Positions 27,634 through 38,461 of a stretch of DNA of 64,000 nucleotides are shown here, piece after piece. A program made the position numbers and the translations under genes. Numbering within the stretch: position 1 is the stretch's first letter; every line of letters begins with the position of its first letter. Origin of the DNA: Alphaproteobacteria bacterium (GTDB taxonomy: Bacteria; Pseudomonadota; Alphaproteobacteria; GCA-2746255). Where the stretch lies: the NCBI GenBank assembly GCA_965249135.1, contig OZ252220.1, positions 1,056,001 to 1,120,000 on the forward strand. The letters are read 5' to 3'. Below the pieces are notes generated by a model, which was given only the letters and a program-made list of their open reading frames with translations, was not told the DNA's origin and made no database searches.

Positions 27634-28635
27634 TTACGGCGATTGCAGATAGTGCAGGCTGAACAGCGCGCGCGCATCCTGCCAGCAGGCGCGCGCCCGC
27701 CAGCCGGCGGCTTCGGCCAAGGCCCGGAACGCGTCGGGGGCATATTTGTAGGAGCTTTCCGTGTGGATCGTCTCGCCTTTCGCGAACGCGAAGGCCACGC
27801 CTTCGACGTGGGCGGTCTGGGCACGCAGGCTCTTCAAATGCATCTCGATCCGGCCATCCTTTGCGTTGTAGGGCGCTTCGTGGACGAAGCCGTCCACATC
27901 GAAATCGCCCCTAAGCTCGCGATTGATGCGGACCAGCAGGTTTTGATTGAAGGCCGCCGTCACCCCTTTCGCGTCGTTGTAGGCGGCGGTCAGGATGCGC
28001 GCGTCCTTCTTAAGATCGACGCCGATCAGAAAGCCGCTGCCCTCACCCATCGCCTGCTTCAGGCCCCGAAGCAAGACTCGCGCATCGGCCGGTGCAAAAT
28101 TGCCGATGTTCGAGCCCGGAAAGAAACCGAGGCATTTGCGTCGAGGACGATGCCTGGGGCTTTCGAAGATGGTGCGCGGGAATTCGAGGGTTTGCGTGTA
28201 GTCCGCATGGATCGGGATGACGGAAAGTCCGTCGTAATCCGCAGACAGGCTTTGTGCCTCTTGGATCAGATGGTCCCTGGAAATATCGACCGGCACATAG
28301 GCCGCCGGGCGCGCGAGGGAGTCCAGCAGAATACGGATCTTGCGGGAAGAGCCGCTTCCAAACTCGATGACGTTCACATTCGGGCCTATGAACGCGGCAA
28401 TCTCTTTTGCATGTTGCCGAAGCAGCGCAAGCTCGGTGCGGGTCGGGTAGTATTCGTCGAGCTCGCAGATTTCCTCGAACAGCCTCGAGCCCCGGGCATC
28501 GTAAAGGTACTTGCAGGAAATCCATTTCGGGTTTTCGGCAAGCCCATGGAGGACGGCGGAGCGAAAATCGTCCTCGACGCAAATGCCTTCGTTGAAGCCT
28601 TCGCTTAAAACCAGATTGCTGCGCGGCGGCGTCAT
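27634..28635 (-). CDS. egtD: L-histidine N-alpha-methyltransferase
   Basis: KYLYDARGSRLFEEI, EYYPTRTE, EFGSGSSRK, AYNDAKGVTAAFN, IHTESSYKY. Confidence 0.95.
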   Translation of the reverse strand: MTPPRSNLVLSEGFNEGICVEDDFRSAVLHGLAENPKWISCKYLYDARGSRLFEEICELDEYYPTRTELALLRQHAKEIAAFIGPNVNVIEFGSGSSRKIRILLDSLARPAAYVPVDISRDHLIQEAQSLSADYDGLSVIPIHADYTQTLEFPRTIFESPRHRPRRKCLGFFPGSNIGNFAPADARVLLRGLKQAMGEGSGFLIGVDLKKDARILTAAYNDAKGVTAAFNQNLLVRINRELRGDFDVDGFVHEAPYNAKDGRIEMHLKSLRAQTAHVEGVAFAFAKGETIHTESSYKYAPDAFRALAEAAGWRARACWQDARALFSLHYLQSP

Positions 28636-29894
28636 TCGGCATCCTCCGCCAGCCGCAGGCCGCTGAACTGCCAACGCTGATGCGGATAGAAGAAGTTGCG
28701 GTAGCTGGCCCGCACATGCCCGTCGGGAGTCACGCAGGAGCCGCCCCGAAGCACCAGCTGGTTGCACATGAATTTGCCGTTGTATTCGCCCACCGCACCG
28801 ATCTGCAGCCGGTAGCCCGGATAGGCCCCATAGGCGCTTTGCGTCCATTCCCAGACGTCCCCGAAGAGTTGTCCGAGGCCGTCCGTCGCCATCGGGGCTG
28901 CGGGGCGGAAAAGACCGGAGCCAAGCGTGTTGCCGATGGGCGTCGTGCTGGTCGCGGCAGCCTCCCACTCGCTCTCCGTCGGCAGGCGCTTGCCCGCCCA
29001 GCGGGCGTAGGCGTCGGCCTCGTAGAAGCCGACATGGACGACCGGGCTCGTATCCTCGAGGGGCTGTGGGCCGGCCAGCGTCATCGACCACCACTCACCG
29101 TCCCGCGCCTCCCAATAAAGGGGGGCCTTGATCCCTTCCGAGCGGACCCATGCCCAGCCGTCCGAAAGCCAAAGCTCAGGTCGTTCATAGCCGCCGTCGG
29201 CGAGGAAGGCCTTCCATTCGCCGTTGGTGACGACGCACGAGGCGAGCCGATAGGGCCGCAGCAGGACTTCGTGACGGGGCCTTTCATTGTCGTACGCAAA
29301 GCCCTCTCCGCCGGCGCCGATCGGCATCACGCCACCGGGAAACGCGGCCCAGGAAAGTGCTTCCGCTTTTTGCACCGGTGCCGCCTGGTAGGGCGCGTAG
29401 GCCGGGCGAAGGGGGTTTTGAGAAAAAAGATGGAGGATGTCGGTAAGGATGAGTTCTTGATGCTGCTCTTCATGATTAAGACCGAGCTCGACCAGGGAAG
29501 CGCAAGCCTCCTCCCGCCGCGGGCCTTCCAGGAGATCCTCCATCGCTTGGTCGACATGGGCGCGGTAGGCAAGGACGTCGCCCAAATCGGGCCGGGTGAG
29601 CAGGCCCCGTGCGGGACGCGGGTGGCGTGCGCCTTCGGCCTCGTAATAGGAATTGAAGAGGTAGCCGTACTGCGGATGAAAGGCTTCGTAGCCTTCGAGA
29701 GAGGCGCGAAGCAGGAAAGTTTCGAAGAACCACGTCGTATGGGCGAGGTGCCATTTTGTGGGAGAAGCGTCCGGCATCGACTGGACGGTCTGGTCTTCCG
29801 ACGTCAAGCGCGCGGCGAGGGCAAGGCTTCGCGCACGCACGTTTCGATAACGCGTGTTCAAGTCCTCGCGTTGCAGGGCCGGCACTACCTTCAT
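28632..29894 (-). CDS. egtB: ergothioneine biosynthesis sulfoxide synthase
   Basis: QSMPDASPTKWHLAHTTWFFE, HEEQHQEL, EYNGKFM, YRNFF. Confidence 0.95.
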   Translation of the reverse strand: MKVVPALQREDLNTRYRNVRARSLALAARLTSEDQTVQSMPDASPTKWHLAHTTWFFETFLLRASLEGYEAFHPQYGYLFNSYYEAEGARHPRPARGLLTRPDLGDVLAYRAHVDQAMEDLLEGPRREEACASLVELGLNHEEQHQELILTDILHLFSQNPLRPAYAPYQAAPVQKAEALSWAAFPGGVMPIGAGGEGFAYDNERPRHEVLLRPYRLASCVVTNGEWKAFLADGGYERPELWLSDGWAWVRSEGIKAPLYWEARDGEWWSMTLAGPQPLEDTSPVVHVGFYEADAYARWAGKRLPTESEWEAAATSTTPIGNTLGSGLFRPAAPMATDGLGQLFGDVWEWTQSAYGAYPGYRLQIGAVGEYNGKFMCNQLVLRGGSCVTPDGHVRASYRNFFYPHQRWQFSGLRLAEDAE

Positions 29895-29917
29895 GGGGTT
29901 TTCACTCCATCCATGGG

Positions 29918-30544
29918 CTAAGGCATCGGTGGCACGGTTGCGGCGAAGGAGGAGCGTTGTTCCATGGCCGTGTACCAGCGCGAAACGGATGCCGAGTCGC
30001 TTACCAGCGGCTCCCCCTCGGGCGTCTTCCGAACCCAGAAAAGGATCGGCGCGAGGTAGAGATCGGCAAGGGTCAGGCTAGGCCCCGCAAGGTAGGCGTT
30101 CTCGGCAAAGGTTGCTTCGGTAACTTCGAGGAGGCCTTTTATCTTCGGCACGGCCTTGGCGATCACGCCTTCGTCCGCCTCGCCCCCACGGGAGGGCACG
30201 ACGAGCCTCGGAAAGACGAGCTCGCGGATCAGCGTCTGATAGAAGTAATCTTCGATGGCGCTCACCCACTGATCCATGCGCGCCGTCTCTTGCGTGTCTT
30301 CAGGCTGGAGCGGCGGGCCTTCGAAGGTCCGGTCCACGTAGCGCGCGATGGCGAGCGACTCGTACAAGCCGAAACCGTCGTGCTGAAAGGCGGGGATTCG
30401 TAAGAAGGGATGACGAGCGCGATGGGTCGGCGCGCCCCATTCGACGGGCTCCACGGTATAAGGAACGCCCTTTTCCTCGCACGTCATGCGGACCGTCCGC
30501 ACGAAGGTACTTTGCGGGAATCCAAAGATCGTGACTTTGGTCAC
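29918..30544 (-). CDS. glutathione S-transferase family protein
   Basis: GTG start at 30544; HPFLRIP, LYESLAIARY, LTLADL. Confidence 0.9.
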   Translation of the reverse strand: MTKVTIFGFPQSTFVRTVRMTCEEKGVPYTVEPVEWGAPTHRARHPFLRIPAFQHDGFGLYESLAIARYVDRTFEGPPLQPEDTQETARMDQWVSAIEDYFYQTLIRELVFPRLVVPSRGGEADEGVIAKAVPKIKGLLEVTEATFAENAYLAGPSLTLADLYLAPILFWVRKTPEGEPLVSDSASVSRWYTAMEQRSSFAATVPPMP

Positions 30545-30644
30545 GGATTCCTCCCCTTCTTTATTCCTTCGCGGAGCGACTCTAGCAGAGCGCCCATGAA
30601 AAAAAGAGGCCAAAGCCCCCTTTTTCTCAGAACCAATATGCCGA

Positions 30645-31241
30645 TCAGAAGTCGAGGAGCCCCTTTTCCTTGAGCCCGCTGTCACGCTCGAGCTTCAAAG
30701 CCGCGTCTATTTGTTCCTCCGTCATCTTCTGCTGGATGATTCCGCGCAGGCGCTTGCCTTCCTTGCTGCCGGCGACGACCGCCTTCGTATACCAGTAATG
30801 CGCCTGGATGAAGTCCTGCTCGACACCCATGCCGGCGACGAAGAGGAAACCAATGTTGTTGTAGGCGGCACGATGCCCCTGGTCGGCCGCCTTGCGGTAC
30901 CACGTCATCGCCGTATCGGCATTCCGGTCGACGCCATGACCACGCTGATAAAGGAACCCGAGATTCCGCTGGGCGACGGGATCGCCCGCTTCGGCTGCCA
31001 GTCGATACGCCTCGGCCGCCTCCACGAGTTTGCCACCATAATAGGCATCGTAGCCGGCCTTCAGGTGGTCGACCTTGCCGTCTTTCGTGACGGCTGCTTC
31101 CGGTTCGATGATCTCGGCAAGGGCGGTTTCCTGCGCCTCCTTCTTGCCGAGTTCGCGAACCACCCAAACCGTGCCGAGAAGGGCAACGAGGACCACAAGG
31201 GTGACTGCAGTGGTGATGAGCTTCTGCATCGGTCTCTCCAT
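30645..31241 (-). CDS. Sel1-repeat membrane-anchored protein
   Basis: N-terminal TM; AAEAGDPVAQRNLGFLY, WYRKAADQG. Confidence 0.85.
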   Translation of the reverse strand: MERPMQKLITTAVTLVVLVALLGTVWVVRELGKKEAQETALAEIIEPEAAVTKDGKVDHLKAGYDAYYGGKLVEAAEAYRLAAEAGDPVAQRNLGFLYQRGHGVDRNADTAMTWYRKAADQGHRAAYNNIGFLFVAGMGVEQDFIQAHYWYTKAVVAGSKEGKRLRGIIQQKMTEEQIDAALKLERDSGLKEKGLLDF

Positions 31242-31469
31242 ATTCCTTTGCGGCGCGCCGTTAGCCTTCCTTGGATGCCGTTCACCCGTGGTCGGTTACG
31301 TCTGGTCGGTTACGGCGGCGCCGCGAGGTTGGCCCCCTTACGTTTTTCAGCCTTCCTGACCGAATGGAAAGCGCGCCTTAGGCGAAGCTTCCTTGCGGTC
31401 CAACTTCCAGCCTCTCTGAATATAGTATGCTTTTGATTAACTTGCTAATCATTTGATATTATTGACATA

Positions 31470-32813
31470 TCAACCAGTTCCGACGGCGGTTTCCTCGAAA
31501 CGCACGAGCTCGCCGCCGGCGGAGCCCAGGATCTCGTCCTCGCGCATGACGGGGGTGCCGCGCAGGACCGTCATCTTCGGCCAGCCGGTCACCTCCATGC
31601 CATCGAACGGCGTCCAGCCGACCCGGCTTGCGATCCAGTCGTTCGTGATCCGCCGTTTGGCCGAAAGATCGACGACCGTAAAGTCCGCATCGAAGCCCAC
31701 CTCGATGGCGCCCTTGCCAAGGATGCGGTAGATCGCCGCGGCGCGGCTGCTGGTCAGCTCAACGAGGCGTTCCAGCGACAGCCTTCCTTGATGCAGGTGA
31801 TCGAGGAGGATCGGCACGAGCGTTTGCACGCCCGGCATGCCGGCCGGGCTTTGCGGGTAAGGCTTCGCCTTTTCCTCAAGGGTGTGGGGCGCATGGTCGG
31901 AGCCGACGACATCGACGATGCCGTCGGCGACCGCTTTCCACAGCGCTTGGCGATGAACGGTCTCGCGGATCGGCGGGTTCATCTGGGCCAGCGTGCCCAA
32001 GGCGTCGTAGCAGTCCGGCGCAACCAGGGTCAGGTGCTGGGGTGTCACCTCGACGCTGGCCAGCTCGCGGGCTTGGCTTAAAAGTTTCATCTCGCCCTGC
32101 GTCGTCACATGGAGCACATGGACCTTGCGGCCGGTCTTGCGGGCAAGCTTGAGCAGGCGGCGCGTAGCACAGAGCGCCGTTTCCTCGTCCCGCCAGACGG
32201 GATGGAAATGCGGCGTGCCGCCTTCGACGGCAAGGCGATAGCGCGCTTCAAGCCGCGCCTCGTCCTCGCAGTGGGCGGCAAGCCGCCTTGAGGTGGAACG
32301 GAGCACGCGTTCGATCGCCGCGTCCTCGGCGACCAGGAGCGTGCCGGTCGAGCTGCCCATGAAAAGCTTGACGCCGGCGACGCCTGGAAGCCGTTCGAGT
32401 TCGCCGAGATGCCCGGCGTTCTCCGGGGTTGCGCCGATGAAGAAGGCGATGTCGGTCCAGGCGCGGCCGCGCGCACGCGCCACCTTGCCGGTGAGTTCCG
32501 CTTCGCCGGTTGTCGGCGGTTGCGTATTTGGCATGTCGAAGACGGTCGTCACCCCGCCCTTCACGGCGGCCAGCGTCCCGGTGGCGATGTCTTCCTTGTG
32601 TTCCATCCCCGGTTCACGGAAATGAACCTGGGCGTCAATCACGCCAGGAAGCACGTAAAGATGGGAGACGTCGATCGAGCGGGCCGGCGCTTCCGGACCC
32701 AGCTCGCCGATGGCGGCGATTTTTCCCTCTTTCACACCGATGTCGGCAACCGCCGTGCCCTTCGACGTGACGCAGGTGCCACCGCGCAGCACAAGATCGA
32801 AACCGTCTGCCAT
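31470..32813 (-). CDS. pyrC: dihydroorotase
   Basis: PGVIDAQVHFREPG, DMPNT, KLFMGSSTG, GSDHAPH. Confidence 0.85.
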   Translation of the reverse strand: MADGFDLVLRGGTCVTSKGTAVADIGVKEGKIAAIGELGPEAPARSIDVSHLYVLPGVIDAQVHFREPGMEHKEDIATGTLAAVKGGVTTVFDMPNTQPPTTGEAELTGKVARARGRAWTDIAFFIGATPENAGHLGELERLPGVAGVKLFMGSSTGTLLVAEDAAIERVLRSTSRRLAAHCEDEARLEARYRLAVEGGTPHFHPVWRDEETALCATRRLLKLARKTGRKVHVLHVTTQGEMKLLSQARELASVEVTPQHLTLVAPDCYDALGTLAQMNPPIRETVHRQALWKAVADGIVDVVGSDHAPHTLEEKAKPYPQSPAGMPGVQTLVPILLDHLHQGRLSLERLVELTSSRAAAIYRILGKGAIEVGFDADFTVVDLSAKRRITNDWIASRVGWTPFDGMEVTGWPKMTVLRGTPVMREDEILGSAGGELVRFEETAVGTG

Positions 32814-32909
32814 GATGGACGAAATTCTAGGCCGTCAAGGCGGCACCGCAAGCGCTTTCCATTCGCCACCAAGCTTCAAGGGAAAAGGCTTTGCTAAGTC
32901 GCTCGCCGC

Positions 32910-34544
32910 CTAGATGGCCTCTCTGGCTTCGCCGGTCATCGGAAAATCGGAGGTGGTGAAGCGAACGGTGACGCGCGTGCCTTTTCCCGGCTCGCTTTCG
33001 ACCGTCATCTGGCCGGAAAGAAGCTCGACCAGCCGCTGAGTCAGCGACAGCCCCAATCCGGTTCCCTGGTAACGCCTGGAGAGCGAGGATTCGATCTGCT
33101 CAAAGGGACGAAAGACCTGCCCCAGTTCCTGCTGGGTCATCCCGATCCCGGTATCGGTAACCGTCAGCAGGACGTCGCCGGTGGCGTCGAGGCGGGTGGA
33201 CGCCGTGACCCGCCCGTCTTCCCGCGTGAACTTGATCGCGTTGGAAAGCAGGTTCAGCAGGATCTGCCGCAAGCGGCGCGTGTTGCTCCAGATGTGAGGC
33301 AGATCCTCTTCGACTTCGCTGACAAGCTCGATGCTCTGCCGTCGCGCCGTATCCGACATGAAGCGGACGCTTTCTTCCAACACCTTGGCCGTGTTTACGG
33401 ATTGCCATTCGACTTCGAGCCGTCCGGCTTCCGCCTTGCTGAGATCCAGAATGTCGTTGATCAATGCAAGCAGGTGACGGCCGCATTCATGGAGATCTTC
33501 GAGGTAGTCCCGGATTTTCGGATTTTTGATCGTGCCGATCGTCCCGTCGAGGATAACCTCCGAAAAACCGATGATGGCGTTCAACGGCGTGCGCAATTCG
33601 TGACTCATGTTGGCTAAGAACTGCGACTTCGCCTTGTTCGCCTCTTCGGCTTCGTGCTTGCTGGATCGCAGCGCCTCTTCGTAATTCAGGCGTTCCGTGA
33701 TGTCTTCGCAGGTGTGGACGAACCCGCCGTTCTCGATCGGCTTGTAGAGGACGTGGATGGTCCGGCCGTTATGAAAGGGCAGCGTGAAATCCTGGACGGT
33801 GCCGCCGCCAGTCCCTTTCAGCATGTCGATCAGGTCCGCCTCCGTCATGCCGGGCGGGCGGACACAGCGATCCGCAACTTGCGTCAGAACCTCCCGGATC
33901 GTCGTTCCCGGGTAAATCTCTTCTTCCGAAAGGCCGAACAGTTCCAGGATCTGGTGATTGCAGAAGGCGACGTTCCCGTTCGGGTCGTACATGATGACGC
34001 CGCGCTCCATGTTCTCCAGAACGAGGTCGAGTTGATGGTTGCGTTGTTCAACCGCTGCGGTCTGCACGGCAACCTTCACCTGCAGGTCTAATGTCAGCCC
34101 GTTCAAGGCGCTGCGCATTTTCTCGATGCCGCGGTTCAGCTCGACGATTTCCTTCGGCCCATCGATGTCCAGCACCGGGTCCGCCAGATTGCCTCCATGA
34201 ATGCGCGCCACCGTCTGGCTAAGCTCGCGCAAGGGCCGCACGAGGAAGTAATAGGCGGGGACCTGCAGCAGCAACAAGACGAGGAAAGGAAGCAAACCGA
34301 ACAGAGCGATGTAGTCGAGCGCCACCTCCAAATCCCCTTGCCAATCGCCAAAGGGGCCCGGCGAGGACAGGGTGGCTATGAGCCGGTGGTCCCCTACGGC
34401 AATGAAGTATTCGTATCCAAGGTGAAGGCCGAAGATGCCGAGCAGCGTTACGGCGACGATCAGGTTCACGAGAACCATGACCCTGAGCGACGGCAAGGCG
34501 AGTAACCAGCGAAGGGTGAAGGAACAGCGCATCCTTATCCTCAC
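32910..34544 (-). CDS. HAMP-PAS sensor histidine kinase
   Basis: Two TM helices, HAMP, PAS, FLANMSHELRTPLN, NLLSNAIKFT, DTGIG, GTGLGL. Confidence 0.92.
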   Translation of the reverse strand: MRIRMRCSFTLRWLLALPSLRVMVLVNLIVAVTLLGIFGLHLGYEYFIAVGDHRLIATLSSPGPFGDWQGDLEVALDYIALFGLLPFLVLLLLQVPAYYFLVRPLRELSQTVARIHGGNLADPVLDIDGPKEIVELNRGIEKMRSALNGLTLDLQVKVAVQTAAVEQRNHQLDLVLENMERGVIMYDPNGNVAFCNHQILELFGLSEEEIYPGTTIREVLTQVADRCVRPPGMTEADLIDMLKGTGGGTVQDFTLPFHNGRTIHVLYKPIENGGFVHTCEDITERLNYEEALRSSKHEAEEANKAKSQFLANMSHELRTPLNAIIGFSEVILDGTIGTIKNPKIRDYLEDLHECGRHLLALINDILDLSKAEAGRLEVEWQSVNTAKVLEESVRFMSDTARRQSIELVSEVEEDLPHIWSNTRRLRQILLNLLSNAIKFTREDGRVTASTRLDATGDVLLTVTDTGIGMTQQELGQVFRPFEQIESSLSRRYQGTGLGLSLTQRLVELLSGQMTVESEPGKGTRVTVRFTTSDFPMTGEAREAI

Positions 34545-34708
34545 GGTTCCCCCCGGCCGAGAAGAGCCTCTTAAAGGGGCGGATGCGACGCGAGACGGTC
34601 ACGCACGGCCACGCAATGTCCCTATCTCACGTCCAGCCCCATCCCGGCGCAGGAGCAAGCGCCCATTCTTAAGCGAAGAAACTTAATTTTCCCTGAAGCG
34701 GGAAGGGC

Positions 34709-36466
34709 TTAAAGGCCAAGCGTTTCAAAGACATCGCCGCCGGGCGGGCGCCCTTCGATGTGGCGCACGTGCCAAAGCGCATAGAAGAGAAGGCGCCAGG
34801 CGGCAAAGCCCGCATGCTTGCCGGGCTTGCGGAAAAGCGCCTCGACGGCGCCGGGCACGCAGATCTCCTTTACCGCCGGCTGGCGCGCGACGAGGGGACC
34901 GAGCGCCGCCCCCTTCCTGGAAATCCACTCCTGGACGGGAACCGTGAAGCCGCGCTTCTTGGAAAACGGTTTCGACGCCGGCAGTTTCCCGGAAAGCCAT
35001 TTCCGAAGCGCCCATTTGCCCAAACCGCCCCGAACCTTCAACCGATCCGGCAGACGAAAGGCGATGCGCGCCACCTCGCGATCGAGGAAGGGCGTGCGTC
35101 CCTCGACGCCATAGGCCATCAGGCAGCGATCGAGCTTGGTGAGCAAATCGTGGGGCAGCCAGTCCGCACAATCTGTGGCCTGGGCGATCTGCAGCCGCGT
35201 GCGGTCCGGCCTGGCGCTTGCCGCCTCGGCGGCCACGATGCCCTCTCGCCAGCCGACAGGCGGCGTTCGAAGAACGCCCAAACGATCGAAGATGCCGCGC
35301 GTTCGCAGCCTTCTGCCGCCAAGCCAAGGGGGACGCATGGCGCTCCGGTAGCGGCCATAGCCGCCGAAGATCTCATCGCCGCCCTCGCCCGAGAGCACCA
35401 CCTTCAGGCCGCGGCTTGCCTCGCGGGCGAGCTTCCAGGTCGGCAGGATCGCGTAGTCCGCCACCGGGTCGTCCATGGCGCCCACGATTTCCGGAAGGTG
35501 TCGCCAGAAATCGTCTTCCGTGAATTCGACCTCGACATGCTCGGCGCCGACCGTCTCGGCCAGCATCTTCGCATGGGCGCGCTCGTCCCGGGCAGCGGTA
35601 CCGGGGAAGCCGGCCGTAAACGCGGCGACGGGCCGCACATTCTGCTCCGCCATGAGGGCGAGGAGCGCAGACGAATCGATGCCGCCGGAGAAGAAGAGCC
35701 CGTAGGGAACGTCGGAACGCTGGTGGACGCGCACGCTGTCGGCGAGCGCGGCGTCGAGCCGGGCGAAGGTTTCCGTATCGTCGAACCCATCCGGCGCGCC
35801 TTCCGGCAGGGCGGCCAAGCGCTCGCGGTGGGTGATGCGTCCTTGCTCTACGACGAGGACTTCCCCCGGCAGCGCGCGGAAGATGCCTTCGAAGATGGTC
35901 GCCCGCCCGGTCGTGAACTGAAGCTGGAGAAGCTCGTTCCGACTTTGGGTGCGCAAGCAGGCCTCGACGAGGCCCGCCTTGATCAGGGCCTGGGGTTCCG
36001 ACGCGAAGACGAAACCGGCCCCGGTTTCCGCATAGTAGAGGGGCTTGATCCCGAAGGGGTCCCGGGCGAGCACGAGGCGCATCGCCTTCGGATCGTAAAG
36101 CGCCAGCCCATACATGCCGCGCAGGCGTTCGGTGAACTTGAGCCCGGCTTGCCCATAGAGGTGAAGGGGTAGCTCGCAATCGGAGCGCGTGCGGAAGGGG
36201 TGATCGGCAAGGGAGGTGCGAAGTTCGACGTAGTTGTAAATCTCGCCATTGGCGACGAGCACGGTGCCGTCGGGAGCGTTAAGCGGCTGGTCCCCGGTCT
36301 CGAGGTCGATGATGGCAAGGCGCGTATGGATAAGCCCGGTCGCGCCTTTCACGTAAGTCCCCCGGCCATCCGGCCCGCGATGGCCGAGCGCACGGCTAAG
36401 CGCTTCCAGTTGCGAGGCCGATGGTGGCCCGCCCGCGACGGTCATGATGCCGGCGATGCCGCACAT
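34709..36466 (-). CDS. asnB: asparagine synthase (glutamine-hydrolysing) family
   Basis: MCGIAG, HRGPD, NGEIYNY, SGGIDSS, SGEGGDE. Confidence 0.93.
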   Translation of the reverse strand: MCGIAGIMTVAGGPPSASQLEALSRALGHRGPDGRGTYVKGATGLIHTRLAIIDLETGDQPLNAPDGTVLVANGEIYNYVELRTSLADHPFRTRSDCELPLHLYGQAGLKFTERLRGMYGLALYDPKAMRLVLARDPFGIKPLYYAETGAGFVFASEPQALIKAGLVEACLRTQSRNELLQLQFTTGRATIFEGIFRALPGEVLVVEQGRITHRERLAALPEGAPDGFDDTETFARLDAALADSVRVHQRSDVPYGLFFSGGIDSSALLALMAEQNVRPVAAFTAGFPGTAARDERAHAKMLAETVGAEHVEVEFTEDDFWRHLPEIVGAMDDPVADYAILPTWKLAREASRGLKVVLSGEGGDEIFGGYGRYRSAMRPPWLGGRRLRTRGIFDRLGVLRTPPVGWREGIVAAEAASARPDRTRLQIAQATDCADWLPHDLLTKLDRCLMAYGVEGRTPFLDREVARIAFRLPDRLKVRGGLGKWALRKWLSGKLPASKPFSKKRGFTVPVQEWISRKGAALGPLVARQPAVKEICVPGAVEALFRKPGKHAGFAAWRLLFYALWHVRHIEGRPPGGDVFETLGL

Positions 36467-37491
36467 CAGCCCTTGATCCGTTCGAAGAAGTCGAGGTAGC
36501 GGCGAACGACGGCTTTTTCAGTGAAATTCCCATCGAAGGTCGCGCTTCCATTGGCGACCAGGGCGGCGGCGAGGCTCGGATCGCCGAGCACCCGGTTGAT
36601 GGCGCGTGCCAGCGCATCCGCATCCTCGATGGGGACGAGCAGCGCGTCTTTTCCGTCCGCAATCACGCCGGCCGGCCCGGCGCTGGCCGCCGCCACCAGC
36701 GGCGTCCCGTAGGCCCATGCCTCCAGCGTCACCGTGCCGAAGGGCTCATAGCGCGACGGGAAGATGGCGACGTCGGCGGCGGCGAAAAGCGCCGCCTTGT
36801 CCTCGCGCCAGCCCAGGAACCGGACCCGGGACGCGACACCCAAGCTTTCGGCGAGCGCCTCAAGCTCGGCCCTGGAAGGCCCCTCGCCGGCGAGCCACAG
36901 ATAGGCGCCGGGGATTTGTGCAAGCGCCTTAAGCAAAACGTCGAAGCCCTTCGCCGGATGCAGGCGGCCTAAGGAAAAGAGCAGCGGCGCGTGTTTGGGC
37001 GTCGAAAGGGAGCCCCGCGGCACCGGCGGGGCGGCTTCGGCGTTCGCGAAGTTCGGCAAATAGATCGCGCGTTCGCGCGGCCAGCCGCCTTTGACCATGT
37101 GCTCGACGATGTCCGGCGTGATGCCGATCAGCCAGTCGCAGGTCTTATAGTATTTGAGGTCGTAGTAGCCGCCCAGGCGACCCGCACGAATGTAAGCACC
37201 CTTCGAACAGCGGATGGAGGCGCGGTTCATCCAGCTGAGCACGATGTCGGCCTTGAAGTCCTCGGCCGCGCGCTTCAGCGCCCGGCCGGTGCGAAGATCG
37301 AAGCGGCCGCCGAAGGGAAGCTCGAGGGGCGCGATGCCGCCTTTCTCGAGACGGGCGCGACGAAGGGCGTTGGGGCGCATGACGACAAGCTGTTCGAGAC
37401 CCGCATCATGAAGGGCCAGCACGAGGGAGACGAAGAAGGTCTCGGCGCCGCCATGTTCGGCACCGGCGATGCACTGGAGGACGCGGGTCAT
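36466..37491 (-). CDS. GT4 glycosyltransferase
   Basis: ATG at 37491; GGAETFF, GRLHPAKGFD, EPFGTVTLEA. Confidence 0.9.
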   Translation of the reverse strand: MTRVLQCIAGAEHGGAETFFVSLVLALHDAGLEQLVVMRPNALRRARLEKGGIAPLELPFGGRFDLRTGRALKRAAEDFKADIVLSWMNRASIRCSKGAYIRAGRLGGYYDLKYYKTCDWLIGITPDIVEHMVKGGWPRERAIYLPNFANAEAAPPVPRGSLSTPKHAPLLFSLGRLHPAKGFDVLLKALAQIPGAYLWLAGEGPSRAELEALAESLGVASRVRFLGWREDKAALFAAADVAIFPSRYEPFGTVTLEAWAYGTPLVAAASAGPAGVIADGKDALLVPIEDADALARAINRVLGDPSLAAALVANGSATFDGNFTEKAVVRRYLDFFERIKG

Positions 37492-37585
37492 TGGGAATTT
37501 ATAGGCAGCCCCCCACCCCTTGCCAAGCGATCCCACTTGAAGGCAGGTTAGGCGCGTGACCTTAAAGCTTGGAGATCCGCCGACG

Positions 37586-38461
37586 ATGCCCCCTTCCCTC
37601 GCTCTGCTCGAAGACCGCGGCGTGCTCGAGATCAAGGGCGAAGACAGCCGCGACTTCCTGCAAAACCTGATCTCGGCGGACGTCGACAAGGCAGGCGCCA
37701 AGCGGGCCCTTTACGGCGCGCTGCTGACGCCCCAGGGCAAATATTTGTTTGATTTCTTCGTGCTGCGCTTGGGCGATGCGTTTTATCTGGAGAGCGAGAA
37801 GGCGCGGTTGAGCCAACTTGCGAAGCGGCTTTTGCTTTACAAGCTGCGCGCAAAAATCTCGATCGCGGACGTGACGGAGGCCTTTCGCGTCTTCGCCTTG
37901 TTCGGGGAAGGCGTATTTAAGAAGTGCAAGCTCGAAGAAACGGAAGGCGCGGCGCGCGAATTCGATGGCGGCCTTCTTTATGTCGACCCGAGAACGCGTG
38001 CTGCCGGCGTGCGCGCCTTCCTGCCTCTTGACGCCACGCTCGACGTCGCCGGTTTCGCGGAGGCGGGGACGGAAGATTACGATCGCTTCCGCATGCGCCT
38101 TGGCCTTCCCGATGGCAGCCGGGACTTGACGCCGGAGAAGTCCGTGCTTCTCGACTATGGCTTCGACGAGCTTAACGGCATCGACTGGGAGAAGGGCTGC
38201 TATGTCGGCCAGGAAGTGACGGCCCGCATGAAGCACCGGGGCTTGAGCCGGAAACGCCTGTTTCCGGTGACGCTTAAAGGCGCGCCGCCCGCGCCTGGCA
38301 CGTTGGTGCGGATGGGCGAACGCGAGGTCGGCACGCTTACCTCGGTCATAGGGGAAATCGGGCTGGCGCTTCTTAATCTTGACGCGGTTGCGGCCGGGGA
38401 AGGTTTAAAGGCAGGCGAGGCAAGCCTCACCCCATTCCGGCCGGAATGGATGGTACCTTAA
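37586..38461 (+). CDS. ygfZ: folate-binding Fe-S/tRNA-modification protein YgfZ
   Basis: LLTPQGK and KGCYVGQE signature. Confidence 0.9.
   Translation: MPPSLALLEDRGVLEIKGEDSRDFLQNLISADVDKAGAKRALYGALLTPQGKYLFDFFVLRLGDAFYLESEKARLSQLAKRLLLYKLRAKISIADVTEAFRVFALFGEGVFKKCKLEETEGAAREFDGGLLYVDPRTRAAGVRAFLPLDATLDVAGFAEAGTEDYDRFRMRLGLPDGSRDLTPEKSVLLDYGFDELNGIDWEKGCYVGQEVTARMKHRGLSRKRLFPVTLKGAPPAPGTLVRMGEREVGTLTSVIGEIGLALLNLDAVAAGEGLKAGEASLTPFRPEWMVP

Noticed and set aside
27634-30544. egtB-egtD-GST cluster as a novel pathway
   Set aside because: Standard ergothioneine genes; nothing unusual in the sequence
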